Source: the human T2T-CHM13v2.0 reference genome, Homo sapiens. Taken from it: a stretch of 64,000 nucleotides of DNA. The stretch is taken from assembly GCF_009914755.1 (NCBI RefSeq), contig NC_060929.1. One strand, 5' to 3'. Numbering within the stretch: position 1 is the first letter of the stretch; each line of letters opens with the position of its first letter. Below the pieces are notes generated by a model, which had not been told where the DNA came from, ran no database searches, and was given only the letters and a program-made list of their open reading frames with translations. This document shows positions 16,746 through 29,367 of the stretch, piece by piece. A program made the position numbers and the translations under genes.

Positions 16746-17484
16746 GGTGGATGGGAGAGAAAGGAAACACAAACCCAGGTTCAAGCTAAGATGAAAATTA
16801 ACAGTGTTCTTAGGGGACATACATAATGAAGTCTTCTATAGCTTTATCTTAGTTTTATTTTATTGTATCTCTGTTATCTATAATATAAAACATTTCTAAC
16901 TTTACATTATTCTTTGCTTGAAATTTTCAGAGAACTTGCTGTAAAACTTAGCATGTTACACAACAAGCATACAAAGATCAAGCCTTTTATTTTTTAAAAA
17001 AACTTCACAAGGCAAGAAACATTTGTGTGCCTATGAGAATGTTGATACAGAGAGCATATGATAGAGATTGGTTTTCTCTAAGGCTTTTGACGGAGATTCC
17101 CGTCACAGCTGGGGTTGTCTTCTCTCTGCTGCTTCCCCCTTGCTTCACTTAACACATCCATGCAAGCCGTGCACCAGCTAAACCCTTGTAGGAAGCAATG
17201 GAGATGTCTGTGATCAGAGGATCTCGCATGGATAGCAGCACTGCAAGCCTGGGCAGGCAGCTGGAACCTCAGCACCCACTCCTGGGAACTCTCATTACTC
17301 ACTGATTCCCGGATTTGAGAGAGGGAAGGAAAACACTCTAAAATTATTTTAGGTGAACATTTTAGTAAAATGCGTAACACATTTGTTTCTCAATGGAGTT
17401 GCTACCAATCAACCCAGCAATCTGCTACAGGTGGTTTTGCTTTTGCTGCACCCCATCCTCATACAGCATTAAGAGATAGCTCGT

Positions 17485-17807
17485 GGCCAGGCGCAGTGGC
17501 TCACACCTGTAATTGTAGCACTTTGGGAGACTGAGGCAGGTGGATCACCTGAGCTCAGGAGTTTGAGACCAGCCTGACCAACATGGTGAAACCCCATCTG
17601 TACTAAAAATACAAAAAAATTAGCCAGGTGTGGTCACAAAAAAAAAAAAAAATTAGCTGGGTGTGGTGGTGGGTGCCTATAATCCCAGCTACCCAGGAGG
17701 CTGAGGCAGGAGAATCACTTGAACCCGGGGGGCGGAGGTTGCAATGAGTCAAGATCACGCCACTTCACTCCAGCCTGGGTGAAAGAGCAAAACTCCATCT
17801 AAAAAAA
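17485..17807 (+). mobile_element. AluS with an internal duplication at the linker
   Basis: Dimer; TSD AGAGATAGCTC on both sides. Confidence 0.9.
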
Positions 17808-17959
17808 GAGAGAGATAGCTCTTATGATCACTGTGGTCTCGATATCCTAGTCTCTACACGTACAAGGATGTATCACCCACTCCAGCCTTCTCACCTAAAT
17901 TACAGGCAGCAGGGAATGAGGCACGTTTTATCCAAAACAACTGTTAGCAACATACGACT

Positions 17960-20900
17960 GTTTTGTTTTTTTTTTTTCAACTTTTATTTTAGGTTCAGGG
18001 ATACATGTGCAGGTTCTTTTGTTTTGTTTTATTTATTTATTTTTATTTATTTATTTTTATTTATTTATTTTGGAGATGGAGTCTTGCTCGGTCTCCTACG
18101 CTGGAGTGTAGTGGCATGATCTCTGCTCACTACGACTTCTGTCTCCTGGGTTCAAACAATTCTCCTGCCTCAGCCTCCTGAGTAGCTGAGATTACAGGTG
18201 TGCACCACCACGACCAGCTAATTTTTGTATTTTCAGTAGAGATGGGGTTTCACCATGTTGTCCAGGCTGGTCTGGAAATCCTGACCTCAAATGATCTGCC
18301 TGCCTCGGCCTCCCAAAGTGCTTGGATTACAAGTGTGAGCCACTGCGCCTGGCCCAGGTTTGTTATATAGGTACATTGTATGTCATGGGGGTTTGGTGTA
18401 CAGATAATTTTGTCACCTGGGTAATCAATGTGGTACCCAGTAGGTGGTTTTCTATCCTCACCCTCCTTCCACCCTCCACCCTCCAGTGTACCCTGGGGTC
18501 TGCTGTCTTCTTCTTTGTCCATGTGCACTCAGTGTTTAGCTTCCACTTATAAGTGAGAGCATGCAGTTTTGGTTTTTTGTTCCTGTGTCAGTTTACTTAG
18601 GATGATGGCCTCCAGTTGCATCCACATTGCTGCAAAGGGCATGATTTCCGTCTTTTTTAATGGCTGTAAAGTATAGTATGGTACATATGTATCATATTTT
18701 CTTTATTCCTTCTATCATTGATGGGCATTTAGGTTGATTCCATGTCTTCACTATTGTGAATAGTGTGGCAATGAACATATGTGTGCATGTGTCTTTATGG
18801 TAGAATGATTTAAATTCCTTTGGGTATATACCCAGTAATGGGATTGCTGGATCAAATGGTAATTCTGTTTGAAGTTCCTTCAGAAATTGCCAAACTGCTT
18901 TCCACAATGGCTGAACTAATTTATAGTCCCATCTGCAATGTGTAAATATTCCCTTTTCTCTACAACCTCGCTAGTATCTGTTATTTTTTAGACTTTGTAG
19001 TAATAGCCATTCTGACTGGTGTGAGATGGTATCTCACTGGGGTTTTGATTTGCATTTCTCTAGTGATTAGTGATTTTGAGCTTTTTTTCATATCCTCGTT
19101 GGCCATGTGTATATCTTTTTTTGAGAAGTATCTGTTCATGAGCTTTGGCCACTTTTTAATGGGGTTGTTTTTTGCTTGTAAATTTAAGCTCCTTATAGAT
19201 TCTGGATATTAGACCTTTGTTGGATGCATAGTTTGCAAATATTTTTTCCTATGCTGTAGCTTGTCTGTTTACTCTGTTGATAGTTTCTTTTGCTGTACAG
19301 AATCTCTTTAGTTTAACTAGGTCCCATTGGTCATTTTTTTTTTTTTTTTGGAATTGCTTTTGGCATCTTCATAATGAAATCTTTGTCCAGCTCTATGTCC
19401 AGAATGATATTTCCTAGGTTACCTTCAAGGGTTTTTTATAGTTTTAGGTTTTACATTTAAGTCTTTAACCCATCTTCAGCTGATTTTTGCATATGGTATG
19501 AGGAAGGAGTCCAGTTTCAATCTTCTACATATGGCTAACCAGTTATTCCAGCACCATTTATCGAATAGGGAGTCCTTTCCTTATTGCTTGTTTTTGTCAA
19601 CTTTGTCAAAGATCAGATAGTTGCAGGTGTGTGGCCTTATTTCTGGGTTGTCTATTCTGTCCAATTGGTCTATATATCTGTTTTTGTGTCAGTACATGCT
19701 CTTTTGGTTACTGTAGCTTTGTAGTATAGTTTGAAGTTGGGTAATGTGATGCCTCCAGCTGTGTTCTTTTTGCTTAGGATTACCTTGCCTATTTGGACTC
19801 CTTTTGGTTCCATATGAATTGTAATTTTTTTTCTAATTCTGTGAAGAATGTCATTTGTAGTTTGATAAGAATAGCATTGCATCTGTAAATTTCTTTGGGC
19901 AGTATGGCCATTTTAACAATACTGATTTTTCCTATCCATGAGTATGGAATGATTTTCCATTTGTTTGTATTGTTCCCAATTTCTTCAGGCAGTGTTTTGT
20001 ACCTTTCATTGTAGAACCTCCCTCATTAGCTGTTTTTCTAGATATTTTATTCTTTTTGTGGGAATTGTGAATGAAATTGTATTTGTGATTTGGCTGTCAG
20101 CTTGCATCTTGTTGGTGTACAGGAATGCTACTGACTGTTGCACATTGATTTTATATCCTGAAACTTTGCTGAAGTTTTTTTTCAGATCAAAGAGCTTTTG
20201 GGAAGAGACTATGGGGTTTTCTAGGAATAGGATCACATTGTCTGCAAACAGGGACAGTTTGACTTTCTCTCTTCCTATTTGTATTCCCTTTATTTCTTCC
20301 TCTTGCCTGAATGCTCTGGCCAGGACTTACAATACTATGTTGAATATGAGTGGTGAGACAGGGCATCCTTGACTTGTGCTGGTTTTCAAGGGAAATGCTT
20401 CCAGTTTTTGCCCATTCAGCATGATGCTGGCTGTGGGTTTGCCATTCATGGTTCTTATTATTTTGAGGTATGTTCTTTCAATACCTTGTTTACTGAAGAT
20501 TTTTAAACAATAAAGAGGTGTTGAGTTTTATTGAAAGCCTTTTCTACGTCTATTTAGATAATCATGTGCTTTTTGTCTTTAGTTCTGTTTGCGTGATGAA
20601 TCTCATATATTGATGTGCATATGTAGAACAAACCTTGCATCCCATGGATAAAGCCTACTTGATTGTGGTGGGTTAGCTTTTGGATATGATGCTGGATTTA
20701 GATTTCAAGTATTTTGCTGAGGATTTTTGCATCTCTGTTCATCCAGGATATTGGTCTGAAGTTTTGTTGTCATTGTTGTTGTGTCACTGCCAACTTTTGG
20801 TATCGGGATGATGCTGGTTTCATAGAATGAGTTAAGGAGGAGCCCTTCCTTCTCAATTTTTTGGGAATAGTTTCAGTAGGAGTAGTACTAGCTCTTTTTT

Positions 20901-21948
20901 ATTCATCTGGTAGAATTTGATTGTGAATCCATCTGGTCCTGGGTTTTTTTGAGGGGGGGCGCTGATAGGCTTCTTATTACTGATTCAAGTCTAGAATTTG
21001 TTATTGCTATGTTCAGAGATTCAGTTTCTTCCTAGTTCAGTCATGGGAGGTTGTGTGTCCAGGAATTTACCCATTTCTTCTAGGTTTTCTAGGCTGTATG
21101 CATAGAGGTGTTCATAGTAGTCTCTGATGGTTATTTGTATTTCTGTGAGTTCAATGGTAACATTCCGTTTGTCATTTCTGATTGTGTTTACTTGGATCTT
21201 TTCTCCCCTTTTTTTTATTATTCTAGTTAGCAGTCTATCTTATATTTTTTTTTTTTCAAAAAACCAACTCCCGGATTAGTTGATCTTTTGTAATTTTTTG
21301 TTTGTTTGCATCTTAATTTCCTTCTCTTCACCTCTGATTTTGGTTATTTCTCATGTTCAGCTAGCTTTGGGGTTGGTTTGCTCTTGTTTCTCTATTTCCT
21401 CTAGTTGTGGTGTTAGGTTGTTGATTTGAAACCTTTCTAACTTTTTGATGTGGGCATATAGTGCTATAAACTTCTCTCTTAACACTGCCTTAGCTATGTC
21501 CCAGAGATTCTGGTATGTTGTGTCTGTTCTCATTAAGTTAAAATAATTTCTTGATTTCTGCTTTAATTTCGTTATTTAGCCAAAAGTCATTCAGGAGCAG
21601 GTTGTTTAATTTCCGTGTAATTATATGGTTTTGACACATTTTCTTAGTATTTATTTCCATTTTTATCATGCTGTGGTCCAAGAGCGTGGTTGGTATGATT
21701 TGTTTTGTTGTTGTTGTTGTTGTTTTTTAACTTGCTGATAATTGTTTTATGTCTGATTGTGTTGAATTTTAGAGTTTGTGCCATGTGCAGATGAGAAGAA
21801 CTTAATATTCTGTTGCTTATGGGTGGAGTGTTCTGTAGATACTTATTAGGTCCATTTGGTCAAGGGTCAAGTTAAAGTTCTGAATATCTTTGTTTGTTTC
21901 CTGCCTTGGTAATCTGTCTAATACTGTCAGTGGGGTGCTGAAGTCTCA
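17960..21948 (-). mobile_element. L1PA16-like LINE-1, 5'-truncated within the ORF2 endonuclease region; ORF2 disrupted
   Basis: PolyT at left end; ORF2 remnants [23 protein letters not shown] (RT, ~20240-20100) and ELPFDPAIPLLGIYPKE (C-terminus, 18692-18907); ends at a DFSTPLT-like EN motif. Confidence 0.93.
18017..18354 (-). mobile_element. AluS inserted in the L1 3'UTR
   Basis: Dimer with (TTTA)n tail; short TSD CAGGTT; L1 sequence continues on both sides. Confidence 0.9.
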
Positions 21949-22930
21949 ATATGGGAGTATTTTCAAAGGAAACTAGGAAATGATTAGATCTAAATCAAGA
22001 AACACGAAAAAGAGGAAGTGAGCTTAGATTATTTTTTCCTGAAATTTTTAGCTTAAAGAAGCTAAGGTTGACTCTGGGCATACTTGTAAAATGGCAAAAG
22101 TATATCTAGAAATATTCAGTCAGTGCCAGAGATGGTCCTTTATAATGCAATCGTATTGAAATGAGTTGATGTCAAGGGAATGTTGCCTAAAACTCTTGAG
22201 GGTCAGTGGCATGTTCGTCTTCATAATGAGTCAGTGCAGTGCAGGTAACGCTTTGCAATGGTCTCAGCCTTCCCTCCGGAGCGCACATTTGGCAAACCTT
22301 GGGGTTCTAAACTTTCGAAAATTGCTTCTCTGAATCAAAAAACAAGTCCCTTTGGGAGAGTGGATGACTGTGAGGGAAGACGGACTCACCCAAATCAAAA
22401 ACTAGAAGCAGATTCCAATGAATTTCACAAAATTAAACGTGATACTCTATGGCTTTTAGATTTTTTTAGAAATAAGAGCTTTACAGTAACTCAGTGGTTG
22501 GGGAAGGTTTGTTTTATTTTGGCGTGTGTGTATGTAAGCTTAAATGCCAGTGTTCTTCACTTTAAGAAATACAAATTGATAAAATCTTAATCATTTAGGA
22601 GGTACATGGTTACCAGCTTCGTGGCCTTTACAGAATACATCACCACTTTGAGAAATGGAGTTATTATGTTAAATATCTCTAATAGTTCCAAAATGTTACT
22701 GCTTTGAGAGTGCCATCAGATACTGAAAACTAAAGTACATTTTAATGTAATCAAGTGTGTGAACCATTGGGTGACCACACACCATGAAGATGGCATATTG
22801 GCCAGCATAGGATAGCATTTGGGTTCTGAATTAAAGCTGAAGGATGTCACATGGCACCCACTACTGTAAATTTATCCGTCTTTATTTCAGAGATTTAATA
22901 ATGTAAAGAAAAAGAATTTATGTGTCATCA

Positions 22931-22948
22931 GAGCCACCTCTGGTTGTC
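22931..22948 (-). promoter_or_regulatory. Candidate CTCF site
   Basis: Minus strand reads ACAACCAGAGGTGGCTC, close to the CTCF core CC(A/G)(C/G)CAG(A/G)(G/T)GGC, in non-repeat sequence; motif match only. Confidence 0.4.
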
Positions 22949-24139
22949 AATATTCCGAAATCCTGAGTTGCAGTGCAAGAGGCAGTCAGTCGGAAGTGGC
23001 TCAGGCTGGCTCATCAGGGCTTGTATCCTGTGTTACTTGTCATGCATAAGCTTCCCAGAATACCTCATGTAGCTTTTGTGGGTCCAAGACAATGAGAAAT
23101 CAGGCACCAAGAAATTCTCACATACATTTTTCAACTAAATTCGAGAACTCAAAACTTGCTGATACTAATTATTGTCCAATGAGGATTTTATTTTTCTGAG
23201 ATGGAAGCCATGCCTGGTTTTGCTGACACAGCCACCCATTATTTCCAAGACAGACACCACAATTGTACTTGACACCCAGAGGCTGGCTGCTGCGATTTAC
23301 CTGTGTAATTCTTTCACCCCTATAACTTTGTTTTCTCTTCTGTCCTTGTGGGTTAGATATGTCACATGTTATTCTAACTTCAGGAAAGTTTCTCCCAGTA
23401 AAAGGAGAGGGGAAGTATCTATATTTGGATGAATCTACCTTAAAAAAAAAACAGTGTTTATTTCAGAACATAATTGTAGGTTGGTTGCTCAGGTTTAGGT
23501 TTCTCTGGAAGGAAGATTGCTTGGTACAAGAATCTCAGATCATCAAGTTCTATTTAACTCAATGGCAGTTTGAGGGGTACCACTGCAGACTGGGTTCTGG
23601 AGTGCAACATTGATATCCAGTTCTTGGTGGACCCCAGGAGGTTGCTCCCACTTGGTTCTCTGAAAGTATGAGCCATTTAACTGCATTGGAACCCCTCTTT
23701 CTCTAGGAATAGTTTTATTTACTTTAGAAATCCAGAATCCAGTCTAGGAGACTAAAATTCACCTTTCATGCTCCTTTCTTTCTAGGTAATTCCCTGGAAA
23801 TCGGGGTAAATTAATCTACTCTGCAAACTCAAAACCAGCCATTTTTCTTCTGCAGACCATCCTTTCACCACCCAGGTGCGGTAACATGTTGTGTAGTTTT
23901 CTGTCAGACTCAGGCTTATCAAGTCCAATATTTTTGTTATATTGGTTTTTCTTTCTCACAATTAGCCACGGCCTTGGAGAGCTGACCCTCCTTGCTACAC
24001 TTCTCTGTGGGTCACGGTCACTGCCTCATAAGGGATTGGCTTCAGTTCTAGATGTGCGACGTGCACTGCAGCCACAAGCAGCATGAGGATTCCGAATATT
24101 CCACATACAGAAGGTGCAGATTTCCCCTGATGAACGGAA

Positions 24140-24786
24140 TCCATTAGGATTTAATGCAGAAAGCAGAAAGCATGCCAGGTATTTCTAACAGAGGACACAA
24201 GTAATTGTTTACATATAATTTGAGACTCTAAAAAGGCAAGAAAAGGGTAACCCGGGTAATTGGTAAATTTTGGAAGTACCTAACACCTCCAGGCTTTAGG
24301 TGATGCATTTACTAGTAACTTGAAGGAAACAGCCATCACCTCTCTACAGTTGGGGAAACACAAGAAGGAACTGGATTATTGGCTTTGAAGCTCAGAGGAG
24401 AACCCCTACAAGGATAACGCCCAGACCTCAGAATGGGGCAACAGAGAAACCGCTCGTATTTAGATGTGAGGGCAAATCACCACGTGGCTGGATCTTGGAA
24501 CACCGAAAACTGTGCTGTGGCATTTGTCCTGGGAGTTGATGCCAGAGGAAGTGAGAGCCTTGAACTATAGCTGCCCTCTGCTGCATGTGTTTGTGGGTGG
24601 GAGACAGATGCTTAGAGGAGCTGGACCCAGGAAGAAAGTGCCTTTTCCCTTTCAATTCTTCTTCCAATATCTTGACTCTCAGAACCTGACAGGAAATGAG
24701 TGAGAATGAATGAGAAATGGTTTCAGGGTTGCAGTCCCAGCATCACACAGTCCAGGAACTGAGAAACAATAACAAATGACTGAACA
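24140..24786 (-). mobile_element. 3' LTR of an ancient ERV-L-class provirus (family uncertain)
   Basis: Begins TG (24786, minus strand) directly after an ERV-L-type polypurine tract CCCAAGGGGTGGGC (24800-24787); distal end approximate. Confidence 0.55.
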
Positions 24787-26725
24787 GCCCACCCCTTGGG
24801 CTGCTGAGCATCCAAGTACACCCTGTATTTAAAACCCTTTCCATTTTAGCAACTGCAGACTTCTGCTTAGAAAATGCAACTATGCCTCATCAAGATGAAG
24901 ACGGTCTCACCTACAAAGAGGGCAGACTCCACTCTCAAAAGTCCCTGTATCTACCTTCAGATAATGCTCATTTCTCTGGTAGTTCAGTCACAATCCCATG
25001 TGAACATTCTGTAAATTAAAGACTAAATTGTAAAATTCATAACAACTAACAATTCTTACATAAAATATAGAGGAAAAGAGGAAGGACAAAAATTAGTAAA
25101 TACATGCAAGTTATAACAAGCTAGAAAGGAAATATGCAAAGCTGCTAGAGTCCATGCTTCTGCAATGGAAACATAGTTGATAACTGTACTTCCAGTCCAC
25201 GTTTCCTCTGTTCTCAGGTAGTACTACAGCTACTCCTGGGTGAGTTAGGGTGGCCCAAACTTTTATTTTTTAAGTAACCCAAATCTTTATTTTTAAAGTG
25301 ATCTTGTTTTTCCGTTTAGGATGCTATAGTTTCCCACTTATATTTTACACAGGATGTGAGCAGTAATATGAACCCCTGAGGATCCCCTAGGTTCTAAACT
25401 TAGTCCCTTCTGCCCTTACTGTGTAGCAACACCACTAAGTCCTCCAGGGAATTAGCATCTTCCCCTGTAACACTCATTGCTTTATTATGAGCTGTGATGG
25501 TGAGACAGCGTGATGGTGAATCAGGTATTCCAAATACCACAGAGGATTTTGCTGACAGAAGCATTAAAGATCAGAAAAGCAAATACATATCCATATTCAT
25601 ATGCAAAATATGTGTATTTTTCAGAGAGTATAAATCATTGCGCCTTTCATCATAGAAGTTGTTTCACATAATCAGCTTGGAGCAAGGTACTTGGATGGCC
25701 CCTCAAGGAAAGATGACCATGCCAGAGCATGGAGCTCTTGTCAGAATGGAATTCAACAGCAACAGGAGCCAGATCCATGTTGGTGGGAAAAATTCCATGT
25801 TGTTGACCCCATGGATTGTCTCATACCAGACATCACGCCCTTTAGTTTGGCACTGGTGTGGCTGAGGAAGGACGACAATGAACAGAGAGCTCACCTGGTT
25901 CTAACAGCCTCCTCCTCTGCAGAGATGCCCTCTGACAGGCAATAGTAAGGCTTGCAAACATCTTCACGGCCTGCGCCTATCCTGAAAGATCTTTCTGTGC
26001 ACCTGTTACCCAGCCTTTCAACCCCAAAAGACTGTTCATTCCAAGTCTCTGACCATAAAACCAACTCATTAACCATAGCTTATAAATCAATATACAGCTG
26101 TTTCTATTCTGTCTTTTATCCTGGAAAATGTGAACAGCAAATTATATTGCTCAAAATTCTGGCTACCTGGATAATTTTCCCTCATCTATGTCATTTAGGG
26201 ACATCCCTGTGTGATGCCATAATATTGTAGCTGTCAACCATTGGTTAGTGCCACCATATTGTAAAAATGATCTACATACAAAGCCTGAATATTATTCTTC
26301 TTCCTCAGTCAACTAATCCATAGGGAACTCTGCATGAGGTCCTAGGTGTGAGGTGAGGGACAGGATCAAGAGAAGAAGTGAGTTGCATGAGATCTGTGCA
26401 AAATGGTCATGCTGCTCATTTGTGCTTTCAGGACTCTATGAAACCCTATTTGTTGCATGTGTTTCTACTTGATGGGTTTCCTGCTACTCACATCCAATCT
26501 TATGTCTTGGAGACTATAAGGGTTCAGTAGCAAGTTGGAAGATGTGCATCAAAAGAGGAATATTTTTCTGAAGTTTTATTTTAGAAACCTAAGGTTCTGT
26601 GATTTGAGTCATTGGTTGGAATGGACCTTAGTGCCTGTTCAGTAGCCTTGCTTGTCACAGATCCTTTGAGTGCCATTGGATCTGCTGATTCATGACTCAT
26701 GTTGGAGAGCAGTGTAGCCACAATG
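24787..26725 (-). mobile_element. ERV-L internal region relic (pol: connection, RNase H and integrase N-terminus; heavily disrupted)
   Basis: Minus-strand translations HESADPMALKGSV, RTLGF*NK, KYSSFDAHLPTCY*TL, GMSLNDIDEGKLSR*PEF*A, LYIDL*AMVNELVLWSETW, PWGQQHGIFPTNMDLA and LQADYVKQL occur collinearly with recalled ERV-L Pol motifs. Confidence 0.82.
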
Positions 26726-27298
26726 GGACAAAAATACTGTATCACAGCTAACCAAAACTATCACCATTTTAAATTTTAAAGACTTTTTTTAAAAAAAAAA
26801 ACTTTCACTTTCTCCACAATATAAATAATTGAAAATACCAGGTACCTAGTTATTTAACACTTAGTGAACTCATTAGATTGTGTATTTGTTTGCAGTATGC
26901 AATGATACTGTAAAGACCAAGATGCTAATTATATTTTCCTTCTACACTGAAATGAACATGTAATGTAACAAAAATAATAAAACAATATATTAAACATACA
27001 TAATTAATACAAAAAGACTTTTCAAAATCAAATGTATAAACAAGGAAATACTAAAGTTTTTTTTATGAATACACATGTCGTTGATTGGAGTTTGTTGGAG
27101 AAAGATAGGAGTCTGCTGTCACTATTGCTGTTTGGTGGATGGTGAATGTCGACAAGAGTAAGCAGGTGAAAGAGAGAGTGTCCATGACTTGGGGCTGGTC
27201 CACATCTGAATTCACACAAATGGTAGGTGGTCTCTCTTCATCATATGTGATGCCCTAGAAGTGAATAATCAGGAGGCATGCAATTGGCAAAACATTAA

Positions 27299-27493
27299 GA
27301 AGAAAGACAGAGAGAGAGAGAGAAAGAAAGAAAGAAGAGAAAGAAAGAGAGAGAAAGAAAGAAAGAAGAGAAAGAAAGAGAGAGAGAAAGAGAAAGAGAA
27401 AAAGAGAGAGAAAAAGAGAGAGACAGAGAAAGAGAAGAAAAAAGAGAGAAAGAAAGAAAAGAAAGGAAGGAAAGAAAGAAAAGAATGAAAGAA

Positions 27494-27541
<48 letters not shown>

Positions 27542-27638
27542 AAAGAAAGAAAAGAAAGAAAGAAAGACAAAAGAAAGAAAGAGAAAAAGAAAGAAAGAAA
27601 GGAGGGAGGGAGGGAGGAACTAAGGAAGGAAGGAAAGA
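27299..27638 (+). repeat. ~340-bp polypurine compound microsatellite (GA/GAAA/GGAG)
   Basis: Almost pure A/G, including a long (GAAA)n run at ~27495-27540. Confidence 0.97.
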
Positions 27639-27644
27639 GCCATG

Positions 27645-28073
27645 TGTACTAATTCCCCAGGGCTGCCATACAAAGTACCACTAACCAAGTGGCTTAAACA
27701 ACACCACTTTATGGTCTAACAGCCCTGAAGCCTGGAAGTCTGAAATCAAGGTGTTGACAGGGTTGGTCCCTTCTGAGGCTGTGAGGGGGAACCTTCTTTC
27801 TGGCTATTTCCTGGCTTCTGTGGGTTGCTGGTAATCTCTGGAGCTCTGTGGCTCGGGCAGTCTAACTGAGCTTCACATAGTATTCTCCCTGTATGTGTGT
27901 CTGTCTGAATCCAAAATTCCTTTTTATAAGGACATTAGTCATATTATATCTGGGCCCATCCTAATGACCTCATATTAACTCAATCATTTGCAAGGCTCTG
28001 TTTCCAAATACTTACAGGTACTGTGGATCAGAACTTCAACATCTTTTTGAGGGACATAATTCAATACATAACA
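27645..28073 (-). mobile_element. MLT1C-like solo LTR
   Basis: AGGGCTGCCATACAAAGTACCAC ... TTCTGAGGCTGTGAGGG ... ATTCAATACATAACA; probable TSD (C/G)CATG. Confidence 0.8.
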
Positions 28074-29367
28074 GCATGTGTTTGCATTCCCTTTGTTTGT
28101 GAATGTTCAATTTCTGAGAACACAACTGTACTTGAAATTGTATCTGTAATGTGATGTTTTTGTTCAAGTCATGGTCAAACTCATTTGCAACAGCAATCAT
28201 TTATCTGCATTATTTAATGTTTCTTGCAAGCATTTGTCCTGAAACATTTGTGACTTCTCTTCTTCCTTTCCCTCTGTCCTCTGGAGGGATTGGTGTTATG
28301 GCCAGTCAGTTCCTGGGGTAAGTTCCCTGTGCTTCAGCATTTTCACTGTGCATTTCACTAAATTCAGCCTCCTTAGCAAAATCTGAGAACATTTGTTTTG
28401 CTTCTATCACTTTACTGTAACTTTGGAAGGGCTCACAAAATAAGAGGTCTTTTTTAAAAAAATAAATTTTCTATTTTAGAACAGTTTTAGGTTTACAGAG
28501 AAATTATAAGCATAGTATAGAAAGTTCCCACATACTTGATATCCAGTTTCACCTATTATTAATATCTTACATTAGTATAATATCATTGTTATAACGAATG
28601 GATCATTATTTATACATTGTTATTAACTAAAGTTTATACACTTTTCATGTTTCCTCAGTTTTTATCTAATGTCCCCTTTCTGTCCCTGGATCCCGTCAAA
28701 GATATCTTGTTACATCTAGTAGTCATGTCTCGTTGGACTCCTAATGGCTGTGATAGTTTTGTAGACATCCCTTGTTTTGGATGACCTTGATGATTTGATG
28801 AGTATGGGGTCAGATAATCTATGGAATGTCCCTCAACTGGACTTGTCTGATGTTCTCTCATGATTAACCTGGGGTTATGAACTTCCAGTAGGAAGGCCAT
28901 GGAGGTAATGTGACATTTTCATCACATTGTATCAAGGGTACATATATCGACATGACTTTTGATATTGATGTTGGTCACCTGGCTGGGGCAGTGTTTGTCA
29001 GATTTCCCCAATGTGAAGTACACTTTTTCCTGTCTATATTGTCTAGACTCTAGAATGCTAGACTCTAGAAAGTCTAGACACTTTTTCATATCTAGACTCC
29101 TTGGGAGAGCCTAGACCTAAGGAGTGGAGATTTGCGATACTACATCTTCAGGGAACAATATCTATAGAAATAACTTGGGATTCTTTTGCAACTGAGATTT
29201 GTTGCTTCCATTTCCCTTACTTATTTATTGAATTCTTCCTTTAGATCAGAACAGATATATGGATATTCATTGTATAGATTAATACTCTTTTATTTTACTG
29301 TTCAAATTGTTTGCACTTTGGGCATTAGGAGTTCTTCTAGTTGGAATTTGTATTTGACATCCCTCCA

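Noticed and set aside
17087-17106. Short inverted repeat TGACGG..CCGTCA
   Set aside because: A 6-bp stem is expected by chance in 64 kb
18692-20372. ORFs with reverse-transcriptase and L1 ORF2 similarity
   Set aside because: These are fragments of a dead, 5'-truncated L1PA16-like element with stops and frameshifts, not a functional gene or a novel RT system
27261-27570. K/E/R-rich and F/L/S-rich ORFs
   Set aside because: Translations of the polypurine microsatellite
29041-29117. Short interspersed repeats as a possible CRISPR-like array
   Set aside because: Units and spacing are irregular and too short; the context is eukaryotic with no cas genes
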